A DNA stretch of 38,456 nt. Origin: Patescibacteria group bacterium (GTDB lineage: Bacteria > Patescibacteriota > Minisyncoccia > Phycocordibacterales > JAKAEA01). The translations under genes and the position numbers were made by a program. Shown here piece after piece: positions 1 through 7,648 of the stretch (its first letter is position 1; each line of letters starts with the position of its first letter). The notes under the pieces were generated by a model. The model was not told the DNA's origin and ran no database searches. It saw only the letters and a list, made by a program, of their open reading frames with translations. Where the stretch lies: positions 592,337-630,792 of the forward strand of contig JAZKCY010000001.1 of the NCBI GenBank assembly GCA_040387855.1, given 5' to 3'.

Positions 1-11
1 ACTTAGATTGG

Positions 12-476
12 TTAGCCAATAATTACTACTGATACACCCTTCTCTTCCTTTTTTTTACTATCTGTAAAATCAGACCACTTTAAACGAGTGGGAGTAATTT
101 TATACATGACAACTCCCTTTTCCCAATCAAGCTTTGTTAAGGGTACTGGATAATGAGTATTTTCAGTTGCAATATCAATATATAAGGCAGCTAAAGCATT
201 TATGGTGTTCTCATCAGAAACTATTTCTGCTGAGCCTTCTATTTGAACAGTTTGGGGAGGTTTTGTTTTACCCACAGTAAATGCGACTTTAGATCCAGAT
301 GCAATATTTTGATGCTTCTTAGTATTTACAACTGTTGTAAAGTAAATATTGAAATACTCGTCACATATATAATATATAAATGCTGCATGTGGATTACCTT
401 CTGCCACTGTCGCAAGTACACCAACTTTCTCATTCATTAGAAAATCTAATGCATCTTTTTTTGCTTGGTCGTTCAT
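12..476 (-). CDS. pyridoxamine 5'-phosphate oxidase-like FMN-binding protein (general stress protein 26-like)
   Basis: 154-aa ORF. The pattern VGVLATV..G.PHA...FTT......K..NI resembles PNPOx-like split-barrel proteins. Backbone (low-GC) composition. Confidence 0.55.
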   Translation of the reverse strand: MNDQAKKDALDFLMNEKVGVLATVAEGNPHAAFIYYICDEYFNIYFTTVVNTKKHQNIASGSKVAFTVGKTKPPQTVQIEGSAEIVSDENTINALAALYIDIATENTHYPVPLTKLDWEKGVVMYKITPTRLKWSDFTDSKKKEEKGVSVVIIG

Positions 477-498
477 AACCCAAGTATACTCCTGATAC

Positions 499-894
499 TT
501 ATTTATTTAAATAGGTAATAGTAATTTGTAACACTGTGGCAAAGCTCACCCAGGCTAGATATGGGATGTTTATAAAACTCACCCATTTTACATAGGGATA
601 TATAGCAATAAGTGCCCAAATTAAAGTCCCCAATACTAAAACAATGTCTATAGATGCTAATAAGTTATTTCTTAAACCAAACTGGAGTGGAGTAAAAATG
701 AAATTAAAAATAAGATTCAAAATAAATGGCAGTACTACAATAAATGGAATTTTCTTTGTGAAATAAAGATAGCCAACATAGCCATATGAAATAGCTATTA
801 GTGTATACAGGACACTCCACACAGGACCAAAGAGCCACGATGGTGGCGCCCAACTAGGTTTTAATAATGCTTGATACCATTCGTAGGTTCGCAT
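499..894 (-). CDS. tspO: TspO/MBR family tryptophan-rich sensory protein
   Basis: 131-aa, 5-TM protein. It has PSWAPPSWLFGPVWSVLY and W-rich motifs typical of TspO. Confidence 0.75.
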   Translation of the reverse strand: MRTYEWYQALLKPSWAPPSWLFGPVWSVLYTLIAISYGYVGYLYFTKKIPFIVVLPFILNLIFNFIFTPLQFGLRNNLLASIDIVLVLGTLIWALIAIYPYVKWVSFINIPYLAWVSFATVLQITITYLNK

Positions 895-910
895 AGGGAT
901 TCAATAAATA

Positions 911-1504
911 TTACCGAGCTTTCAAACCTTGATTGTAAATTTTCTTTGCTATAGCATTTTTCTTTTCATCAGAAGCATGCTTGAGCCAGCCAACTTTTTC
1001 AATATGTACAGGATGAATTCCAGCAAATCCCAAAATAGCGCGACCAATTTCATTTGTTGAGTCACCAAACAAAATTCGTGAGGCCATAGGCCATGAATCC
1101 ATGGTAATAATTACTCTACCTGTGCGGCCTTTCAAAAGCTTGTCCCAGCCTAGATGCGGATGAAAATGAAACGCAAAACCAGGGATCCAAAAACGATCAA
1201 AGAGTCCCTTCAAAATAGCAGGCATTCCACTCCACCATGTTGGATATAAAACAACTATATGTTCCGCCCAACGAAAATCTTCTTGAAGTTTTTTTAGATC
1301 AGGTTCTAGTTCTTGAATTACTTTGTAGCCTTTATGTAGAAGTGGATCAAACTTCATATCGCCAATATTGGCTCGGCGTACTTCATGTCCTCCGGCTTCT
1401 GCTCCCTTCTGATATTCATCTGCTAACCGTGCACAAAAAGTACCATCTTTATCTTCCTGACCTAAGAACACCAAAACTTTCTTTTTCTTTGATGGGCCAA
1501 ACAT
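911..1504 (-). CDS. NAD(P)H dehydrogenase (quinone)-like flavodoxin-fold oxidoreductase
   Basis: 197 aa. The N-terminal KVLVFLG pattern and the YPTWWSGMPAILKG motif are typical of Flavodoxin_2/MdaB-KefF-like proteins. Confidence 0.7.
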   Translation of the reverse strand: MFGPSKKKKVLVFLGQEDKDGTFCARLADEYQKGAEAGGHEVRRANIGDMKFDPLLHKGYKVIQELEPDLKKLQEDFRWAEHIVVLYPTWWSGMPAILKGLFDRFWIPGFAFHFHPHLGWDKLLKGRTGRVIITMDSWPMASRILFGDSTNEIGRAILGFAGIHPVHIEKVGWLKHASDEKKNAIAKKIYNQGLKAR

Positions 1505-1505
1505 A

Positions 1506-1733
1506 TTAATTCATCAATTTTTGTAAATCTGACTGATATTTTTGCATTACTATTTGGGCAGCCGCCATTTGATCCATTCCACCCTTCATTTTTTCTTGCA
1601 TTTCTTCAGCGATTTTTTGAAATAGCGCAGGATCTTTTTCAATAGCAGTAAAGATCTTCTCCTGCTGATCCTCAGGAATATCCTTCATCTTTGACTTCAA
1701 CATTTTTCTCATCAAAAAGCTTTTCAGTGACAT
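1506..1733 (-). CDS. small hypothetical protein (helical, K/E/Q-rich)
   Basis: 75-aa ORF abutting the downstream gene (1-nt gap). Backbone composition. No recognisable domain. Confidence 0.4.
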   Translation of the reverse strand: MSLKSFLMRKMLKSKMKDIPEDQQEKIFTAIEKDPALFQKIAEEMQEKMKGGMDQMAAAQIVMQKYQSDLQKLMN

Positions 1734-1777
1734 GATTGTACGTTGCGTTAAATTTAATTTTCTTAAGTATACCTTAT

Positions 1778-2497
1778 TTATTTATCAAGAGAAATATCAG
1801 TCATTATTGTGACATTGTTTAATTCTCGAGCTATTCTACCGGGAGTCTCCGCTAATGTACCCTCCTCAGACACTACTTTCATCAGAGCATCTTTTTTATT
1901 ATCACCCGACATATAGGTTAGTACTTGATCAAACTTTCGCATTAACGTGAAAGTACTAGTCATTCGATATTTGTGAGGATTTTTATCTCCCACATCGTAC
2001 CCAACAATCAACTTACTACCATTAAACAAATGATCAAATGTTTCTGGATCTTCTGGAAATGGCAAAATTCCTGAGGTATGACCGTCTGGTCCAATTCCCA
2101 CAGTTGCACGAATTATTCCGTCAGGATACATCGTCATCCATTCTTTAATAAAATATTCGTATCGTTCTGCATATAATTCAAGTGTTTCAGGTTCATGTGG
2201 AGCAGAATCCAAGAATATACAACCCTTATCTAAGGCTCGAGCATAGAATCCACCAAGATTAAAGGCTTGTAGCTTTGAAAAACTATTTACTTCAGCATCA
2301 AATGAGTAACGATCATCAAGCATTCCAATTGTGATGCCTCCTTCCAATGACTCATCATGAATATATTCTAAAAGATCTAATGAAGACCCACCTGAAAGCA
2401 AAAGTAATAATGGTTTACCTGCCCGATCACTTATCATTGTATCTAAAGCCTCACCAGCTTTTTGCTTAAGATCTGTTTTTTCTGTAATAATTTTCAT
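1778..2497 (-). CDS. pgl: 6-phosphogluconolactonase (SugarP_isomerase fold)
   Basis: 239 aa. It has an LLLSGGSS motif and a GIGPDGHT motif. It lies immediately downstream of zwf on the same strand. Confidence 0.7.
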   Translation of the reverse strand: MKIITEKTDLKQKAGEALDTMISDRAGKPLLLLLSGGSSLDLLEYIHDESLEGGITIGMLDDRYSFDAEVNSFSKLQAFNLGGFYARALDKGCIFLDSAPHEPETLELYAERYEYFIKEWMTMYPDGIIRATVGIGPDGHTSGILPFPEDPETFDHLFNGSKLIVGYDVGDKNPHKYRMTSTFTLMRKFDQVLTYMSGDNKKDALMKVVSEEGTLAETPGRIARELNNVTIMTDISLDK

Positions 2498-2512
2498 ATA
2501 TATGTATGTATG

Positions 2513-3709
2513 TTAAATATTGTGAGGCATATCTCCTTTCTTGTAGGTTAGCAAAGGAACATTGCGCTTATGGGTAATAATTGGATCGATAAACTTCCAA
2601 GACGCACGAACTTCATCCATACTTACAAAATATGAAGCAACTCCATTCATTGCTTCTTTTATTAGTATCTCATATGCATCATTGTGTGATGGATGTTTTT
2701 TTTCCATATCAAACACTAGTTCAGAATCATCAGAAAAAGTAATTGTAATTTGAGATTCTTTAGTAGGCATAGCTTTACCAGCCTCAAGACTCACCTGAAC
2801 GTGTCGTAAGAAACCAGCAGTAATTGAAGTAGAAATCTTTGCATACGTTTCAGTATCAGAAGCTGGATCCACACCATCTTCAGATTGATACCCATTATAC
2901 TGTGCTCTAACAAATGAATACTTGAAATCTTCTCCTTGTGGAACAGTAAGAGAGCTAATTGCTGCTGCACGAGCTGCTTGAATATCATTTGTAGGTGATG
3001 TAAGCATTATGCAGGATGCAATCATAGCTAAAAGATGATTCTGAATTACATCTCTTATTACTCCAACTGAATCATAAAACTCACCACGCCCTTGAATATC
3101 AAGTTTTTCTAATACATGTGCATGAATTTTTCGGACAGGTTTTGCTGTAATATTTTGTGATTTCTCAGCAATCATTTCACGTAACCCAGACTTTGCTAAG
3201 TAATGGTCAATTCGAAATATATTTGATTCTGAAAAGTATTTCTCTATTGTTTTTTGCAAGCTTTCAGCTGATGCACCATCTATGCCAAATGGTTTTTCTA
3301 TAAGAAGTTTCCCCGTAAGACCAACTTTTCCAAGACCTTCTACAATGTTTTTATAAAACTCTGGTTGAACTGCAAAGTGAAATAGAACATCTGATTTCTT
3401 AGAATATGATTCAAGTTTTGATTTTAATGCTTTGTATGAATCAGCACTATCAAATGTACCTTGTACATATGAAATTTTGTTTAAGAATTGTTCAATTTGC
3501 TCATCTGTATATTTTCTAGAATCAAGTGACGGTTTAATAAATGCTCGGTATTCATCGTCATTCCATGGTCGCCGTGAATACGCAACTATAGATACATTTG
3601 AAATTGTTGAATCTGAATTAATGAGAGCCAGCAAGCTTGGAATGATCTTCCGCTGAGCTAAATCACCTGTGGCACCAAAGACTACGTATACTGCTGAATA
3701 TTGTGACAT
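2513..3709 (-). CDS. zwf: glucose-6-phosphate 1-dehydrogenase
   Basis: It has the VVFGATGDLAQRKIIPSL NADP site and an RIDHYLAK active-site motif. I place the start at the internal ATG (3709), not the track start 3745. That ATG lies 6 nt downstream of a perfect TATAAT (3716-3721). Confidence 0.9.
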   Translation of the reverse strand: MSQYSAVYVVFGATGDLAQRKIIPSLLALINSDSTISNVSIVAYSRRPWNDDEYRAFIKPSLDSRKYTDEQIEQFLNKISYVQGTFDSADSYKALKSKLESYSKKSDVLFHFAVQPEFYKNIVEGLGKVGLTGKLLIEKPFGIDGASAESLQKTIEKYFSESNIFRIDHYLAKSGLREMIAEKSQNITAKPVRKIHAHVLEKLDIQGRGEFYDSVGVIRDVIQNHLLAMIASCIMLTSPTNDIQAARAAAISSLTVPQGEDFKYSFVRAQYNGYQSEDGVDPASDTETYAKISTSITAGFLRHVQVSLEAGKAMPTKESQITITFSDDSELVFDMEKKHPSHNDAYEILIKEAMNGVASYFVSMDEVRASWKFIDPIITHKRNVPLLTYKKGDMPHNI

Positions 3710-3792
3710 GAAAGAATTATAGCTCAGCACACGTCTCTTATCCACAAGACCTTATATAAACTCGTAATATCTGATATATACTAATAGATGAG

Positions 3793-3815
3793 TTTGTTTA
3801 AGTATCTTAAACAAA
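3793..3815. promoter_or_regulatory. perfect 10-3-10 inverted repeat (candidate operator) in the zwf / DUF4383 divergent intergenic region
   Basis: TTTGTTTAAG-tat-CTTAAACAAA, read directly. It lies between the divergent starts at 3709 and 3859. Confidence 0.35.
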
Positions 3816-3858
3816 GGTCGATGGTTTTAATAGTAGTTTTGGTTAATTAACTAAAATT

Positions 3859-4269
3859 ATGGCAAAAAAATTAGCGGTAATCTTTGGAATAGTTTTTGTA
3901 CTTGTAGGAGTTCTTGGATTATTTGTACCTAATCCCATCGTAGGACGAGAAGCAATGGATGCTTCTATGAAAAGTCCAATCTTTGTTACAGATGCAATTC
4001 ACGATCTCGTACACCTTCTCGTTGGTGTTGTGCTCCTTCTTGCTTCTGGAAAAGGAAATAAAGCATCAGCAACGGCTCTCAAAGTTTTTGGAGTAGTATA
4101 TCTTATTCTCTTTGTAAACGGACTTATTAATCCAGATTTACTTCTTGGATTTGTTAAGCAAAACGCAGCTGATACATATCTTCACTTAGCACTTGGTATT
4201 GTTCTCTTGATCGCCGGAATGGCATCACGAGGATCAAATCCAATGGTTATGGATAAATCAACAATGTAG
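3859..4269 (+). CDS. DUF4383-like small membrane protein
   Basis: 136 aa, 4 TM segments. The DAIHDLVHLLVG motif is characteristic of the DUF4383 family as I remember it. Confidence 0.55.
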   Translation: MAKKLAVIFGIVFVLVGVLGLFVPNPIVGREAMDASMKSPIFVTDAIHDLVHLLVGVVLLLASGKGNKASATALKVFGVVYLILFVNGLINPDLLLGFVKQNAADTYLHLALGIVLLIAGMASRGSNPMVMDKSTM

Positions 4270-4288
4270 TTTGTACGTACGTATAAAT

Positions 4289-4323
4289 CAAAAAACTCCC
4301 AAGCTTTTCGCTGGGAGTTTTTT
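4289..4323. terminator. bidirectional intrinsic terminator between convergent genes
   Basis: AAAAAACTCCCA-agcttttcgc-TGGGAGTTTTTT. The stem is flanked by an A-run and a T-run. Confidence 0.75.
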
Positions 4324-4326
4324 GAT

Positions 4327-5067
4327 TTAAACTATTGTCGTTTCTACATTCTTAAGTTGTTCTGGAGTATTAATACCTAGAGATTCTTCAAAAGTTGGAA
4401 TTGCATATGCAGAAACTATTTTGCCTTGATTCTTAGCTAATTTAATCATATCAGTAAGATAGTATTCTTTAGCAGCATTAGCATTTGCGAGGGTTTCGAT
4501 ATTTTCCCATAACCACTTTGCATCAAAACAATAATAACTCAAGTTCACCTCAGCGCATGCTCGTTCTTCTTCACTAGCGTCTTTGTATTCAACAATGCGA
4601 TCTACTGTGCCATCAACATCACGAATTACTCGTCCATAATTCAAAAACAACGCATGCTCACCTTCAAAACTTGGAGCTATTGCTGTTGCAAGACTAACGG
4701 TAGCACCAGTTTTTTTATGTAATTCTAAAAGAGCATTAAGTGTTGTTGCGGTAACAAGTGGATGATCTCCCGGTAATACAACTATTTCTGTATGACCTGC
4801 ATTAACTAGATTTGGTTTTGCACACATGATTGCATGTCCTGTTCCTAGCTGTTCGGCCTGAAGTGCATAATCATATTTGTTTTCTGTAGCAGCCTTAACG
4901 TGCTCAGCCCCATAGCCCACGACAATAGTTGGTCGCGCGCAAAATGATTCTATATTTTCTAATAGATGATGGATTATTGGTATCCCATTAATAGGATGAA
5001 GGACCTTAGGTAAATCCGATTTCATTCGGGTACCCTTTCCTCCTGCAAGAATAATTACGTGTGCCAT
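4327..5067 (-). CDS. sugar-phosphate nucleotidyltransferase (GlmU N-terminal pyrophosphorylase domain only)
   Basis: VIILAGGKGTRMKSDLPKVLHP closely matches the GlmU N-terminus. At 246 aa there is no left-handed beta-helix acetyltransferase domain. Confidence 0.7.
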   Translation of the reverse strand: MAHVIILAGGKGTRMKSDLPKVLHPINGIPIIHHLLENIESFCARPTIVVGYGAEHVKAATENKYDYALQAEQLGTGHAIMCAKPNLVNAGHTEIVVLPGDHPLVTATTLNALLELHKKTGATVSLATAIAPSFEGEHALFLNYGRVIRDVDGTVDRIVEYKDASEEERACAEVNLSYYCFDAKWLWENIETLANANAAKEYYLTDMIKLAKNQGKIVSAYAIPTFEESLGINTPEQLKNVETTIV

Positions 5068-5144
5068 ATATTTTATTTTTAACGAGTTTTCTATACTATC
5101 AAATTAATCTGTAATGTATAACTTATTTATCAACAGAGTTGTTA

Positions 5145-5336
5145 CTACTTACCATCGAAATAACCCCATATGAAAGCGACACAGGTAAGAATTACTACAG
5201 GTTTAAACAATAGAAACCATATGTAGAAATAGACACCAATTGCAATAATTGTGAAAAATATTATTGAATATTTAACAATGTCGTCCCATAGCGTAACTGT
5301 CATAATAATGCAACTTACCATAAGAGACGGACTCAT
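5145..5336 (-). CDS. small 2-TM membrane protein, hypothetical
   Basis: 63-aa hydrophobic ORF with backbone composition. Confidence 0.35.
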   Translation of the reverse strand: MSPSLMVSCIIMTVTLWDDIVKYSIIFFTIIAIGVYFYIWFLLFKPVVILTCVAFIWGYFDGK

Positions 5337-5355
5337 GCACTATTTTTTACAGAAT

Positions 5356-5399
5356 AAAAAAAAGGCGTGTACCGGGAGGGGCACAGCCTTGTACCAAGG
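5356..5399 (-). terminator. intrinsic terminator of the PEP-CTERM gene
   Basis: On the minus strand: CCTTG-gta-CAAGG, then GGCTGT...ACACGCC (bulged stem), then T8. Confidence 0.5.
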
Positions 5400-5441
5400 A
5401 TCTGTCGAACAAAGTACTAACACTGACCACCATCAGGGTGG

Positions 5442-6182
5442 TTACTGCCGGCGACGTCGCCGGGCCAGGAGCCCGAGAGCTCCGATTCCGATGAGCGCTG
5501 CGCTCGTCGGCTCTGGGACATTGACGCCCCAGTTGTTGGCGTACGCTGTTCCCGGGGAACTGGCGCCACCGAACTCGATCTGGTTGGCGAATGCCGCCAG
5601 ATCCGCTGTGCGGGTGATGAGAGCACCCGTACCCATGTTGGTCACGTCGAGGCGGAATTGCCCGTCGGTGATCATCGTGAAGCGGATGCTGTACGGATTC
5701 CCGTCGAGTGCGGCTAGCGTTTGCTTGCCGCTTCCGCTCTGGAGCTTGAGGTTTGACCCTTCAGCCAAGACGCTCGCCGCTCCCGTACGGGTGGTGGAAC
5801 CTGCGCCCTCACTCAAGCCGACCCATGTCGTCTGAAGCGAGGTTTGCACCGGCGGAGCGAATAGCACGGTTAAGTGATCGCCTGCCCGGAGTTCGCGCTC
5901 GAGAGAACGAACGTACGCGGTGGAGCCGGTCATTGCGAATGACTGGCCGAGGACGGAGTTCTTGATGACTCCCGAGGTGGCAGACGTGCTGCCAACCCAG
6001 TTGCCCACGAACCCGACCCCGCCGGCCTTGCCCACGACCGTCTGGTCGAGAGTGTATGCCGGATCGGATCCCTTGAGCTCGGCGATGTAGCCGGCGCTCA
6101 CGGGACTGGAAAAGACACTGCTGAGGATGAAGGCGATCGTGCTGATCGCCATCATCTTCCCCACTTGGTGAGGAACCTTCAT
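5442..6182 (-). CDS. secreted PEP-CTERM sorting-domain protein (high-GC cassette)
   Basis: The C-terminus VPEPTSAALIGIGALGLLARRRRRQ has PEP, a TM segment and an Arg cluster. The N-terminal signal peptide is MKVPHQVGKMMAISTIAFILSSVFSSPVSA. The start at 6182 is preceded by GGAGG (5-nt spacer). The track start 6302 is a TTG inside the -10 box. Confidence 0.8.
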   Translation of the reverse strand: MKVPHQVGKMMAISTIAFILSSVFSSPVSAGYIAELKGSDPAYTLDQTVVGKAGGVGFVGNWVGSTSATSGVIKNSVLGQSFAMTGSTAYVRSLERELRAGDHLTVLFAPPVQTSLQTTWVGLSEGAGSTTRTGAASVLAEGSNLKLQSGSGKQTLAALDGNPYSIRFTMITDGQFRLDVTNMGTGALITRTADLAAFANQIEFGGASSPGTAYANNWGVNVPEPTSAALIGIGALGLLARRRRRQ

Positions 6183-6301
6183 GAGAACCTCCAACGGGCG
6201 AATGAAGTGCGAGATCAGCAGGAGCATCCAAGCGCCTGCGGGTCCCCATTGAAGCAACACGACGTACACACGCCGATTAATTGCTGAACTGACTGGACTC
6301 A

Positions 6302-6330
6302 AGTATACAACATATCAAAGAAAAAAGCAA
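6302..6330 (-). promoter_or_regulatory. sigma70-like promoter for the PEP-CTERM gene
   Basis: Minus strand TTGCTT-17 nt-TATACT. It implies a GC-rich leader of about 110 nt. Confidence 0.4.
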
Positions 6331-6461
6331 GTACCTCACATATTTGATTTTAGAGCCTAAAATAACGATTCGTACTGATGAGCTTATTTCTGTGGATAAA
6401 TCTACCCTACTAGTTAATATAAAATTAACGATACATACTTTTGCTCTTTTATAGACGACAT

Positions 6462-6489
6462 TTGCACAAATGCAATTTTCCTGTACAAT
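6462..6489 (+). promoter_or_regulatory. candidate tRNA-Ala promoter
   Basis: TTGCAC-16 nt-TACAAT, ending 18 nt upstream of the tRNA 5' end. Confidence 0.4.
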
Positions 6490-6507
6490 GATTTTGTTAG
6501 TTTTACT

Positions 6508-6580
6508 GGGCCCTTAGCTCATCTGGTAGAGCACCTCATTTGCAATGAGGGGGTGGCAGGTTCGAGTCCTGTAGGGTCCA
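6508..6580 (+). tRNA. tRNA-Ala (anticodon UGC)
   Basis: I folded the cloverleaf by hand. The acceptor GGGCCCT/AGGGTCC includes the diagnostic G3:U70 pair. D arm is GCTC/GAGC and the anticodon stem is CCTCA/TGAGG with loop TTTGCAA. T arm is GCAGG-TTCGAGT-CCTGT. Discriminator is A and CCA is not encoded. Confidence 0.9.
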
Positions 6581-6595
6581 CAAATAAAATCTAAA

Positions 6596-6616
6596 GCCGC
6601 AGAGATGCGGTTTTTT
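6596..6616 (+). terminator. intrinsic terminator after tRNA-Ala
   Basis: GCCGCA-gaga-TGCGG followed by TTTTTT. Confidence 0.6.
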
Positions 6617-6632
6617 GCTGGATGTATATAAC

Positions 6633-6661
6633 TTGACTTTATATCAATTTTATGATATTAT
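6633..6661 (+). promoter_or_regulatory. sigma70-like promoter with extended -10 for the zinc-ribbon gene
   Basis: TTGACT-17 nt-(TGa)TATTAT. Confidence 0.45.
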
Positions 6662-6716
6662 TCCAGTAGATCCCAAGCGAGATGCAAGGGACGACCTTAC
6701 CCAAGGAACTGGCGAG

Positions 6717-7412
6717 ATGCTGGTTCCCTTTGTGGCGAGATGCCACGGGAGTTTCGAGATGACTGCTACTGTAACTGGTCCGGCGACGTCGACCCCACAG
6801 TTAGATGCCTTCCTCAGGGAGTTCACCTTCCTCAGCAACCACTTCGATTTCAACTGGAAAAAACCGATTACCCACAGGGTGTCCCGGATCAACAGTTCGA
6901 TTTTGGATGTGTGCGCCATCGGTGAGTATCCCAAGGGACTTTACATCGGTCAACGCTATGTGACCGACCCCGACGAGACGATCGTGCTGTTCGATAAGAA
7001 TGGCTCGAGAATCGGCGATGTCGGTCGCGCAGTGATCACCAAGGAGATCGACGTAACGACAGGGTTCTGGTGGGACAGGAAAACCCACGTGAAGACCGTG
7101 AAGGAAACCACCTACTTCATGGAGTCGATCTGGGATTGCCTGAAGCGGCTGGGCGACGCAGTGAACGAGGTTCACTACATCGTCCGGACCAATTTCAGGA
7201 ACCAGTACTCTCACAAACCGACGATTGTCGTGTACAAGGCCCCTAAGGGCATGTCGATCATGGAGTTCATGGACTCCGAGATCAAGGAAGCGACCCTCGC
7301 GGTTGCAACCGAGATCATGGAGATCGACGGCAACAAGCCGTGCTGCAAGTGCCACTACGCACTACCGCAAGAAGCCAACTTCTGCTCCTCCTGCGGCCAC
7401 CCGCAAAAGTAA
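6717..7412 (+). CDS. hypothetical protein with C-terminal zinc-ribbon (high-GC cassette)
   Basis: 231 aa counted from the ATG at 6717 (AAGGA 9 nt upstream). The track start 6615 would translate the AT-rich promoter. The C-terminus CCKCHYALPQEANFCSSCGHP is a CxxC...CxxC ribbon. The N-terminal ~200 aa are unrecognised. Confidence 0.6.
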   Translation: MLVPFVARCHGSFEMTATVTGPATSTPQLDAFLREFTFLSNHFDFNWKKPITHRVSRINSSILDVCAIGEYPKGLYIGQRYVTDPDETIVLFDKNGSRIGDVGRAVITKEIDVTTGFWWDRKTHVKTVKETTYFMESIWDCLKRLGDAVNEVHYIVRTNFRNQYSHKPTIVVYKAPKGMSIMEFMDSEIKEATLAVATEIMEIDGNKPCCKCHYALPQEANFCSSCGHPQK

Positions 7413-7451
7413 GGAGCACAAAACCTTCCTCCAGGTATAATGGAGACAACC

Positions 7452-7479
7452 GAGCCCGGCGATTAACTTCGCCGGGCTC
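7452..7479 (+). terminator. perfect 10-bp hairpin downstream of the zinc-ribbon gene
   Basis: GAGCCCGGCG-attaactt-CGCCGGGCTC. The trailing U-tract is weak (AATCACATTTATTTT). Confidence 0.5.
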
Positions 7480-7495
7480 AATCACATTTATTTTA

Positions 7496-7642
7496 TTACT
7501 TACTCTTCTCTAGTTTCTCTATCTGCTTTTCCAAATCTTTAATCTTCTTTTTTTCTTCTGCCGATCCCTCACCCCATCCAGAAAGCATTGCTAATTCTTC
7601 ATTTAAGTCTTGTAGCTGTTCTTGTTTTGTTTTCTTTGCCAT
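7496..7642 (-). CDS. possible 48-aa charged coiled-coil peptide (below the ORF-track cutoff)
   Basis: Hand translation: MAKKTKQEQLQDLNEELAMLSGWGEGSAEEKKKIKDLEKQIEKLEKSK. It starts 6 nt after the antiporter stop. Backbone composition. No SD. Confidence 0.3.
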   Translation of the reverse strand: MAKKTKQEQLQDLNEELAMLSGWGEGSAEEKKKIKDLEKQIEKLEKSK

Positions 7643-7648
7643 AGAGAT

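Noticed and set aside
5251-6249. Track ORFs 5251-5835 (+), 5417-5626 (-), 5753-5965 (+) and 5809-6249 (-), all overlapping the PEP-CTERM gene
   Set aside because: They are R/P/G-rich shadow frames of the kind long stop-free runs produce in high-GC DNA. Only the 5442-6182 minus frame has a signal peptide, a PEP-CTERM tag, an SD and a terminator.
6183-6302. N-terminal extension of the PEP-CTERM ORF to 6302
   Set aside because: The extension begins at a TTG inside the predicted -10 box and adds 40 residues ahead of a perfect signal peptide. The ATG at 6182 has GGAGG 5 nt upstream.
6615-6716. Track start at 6615 for the zinc-ribbon protein
   Set aside because: The first 34 codons are AT-rich and coincide with the tRNA terminator T-run and the TTGACT/TATTAT promoter. 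The composition shifts to high GC only after about 6665.
6650-7440. Antisense or alternate-frame ORFs 6650-6934 (-), 6740-6925 (+), 6801-7355 (-) and 7225-7440 (+)
   Set aside because: They are shadow ORFs of the high-GC gene. They have no SD, promoter or terminator logic and their composition is low-complexity and R/H-rich.
7413-7451. TAAGGAG and TATAAT strings plus an 8-codon ORF just after the zinc-ribbon gene stop
   Set aside because: The ORF is too short and runs into the terminator stem. It is most likely chance.
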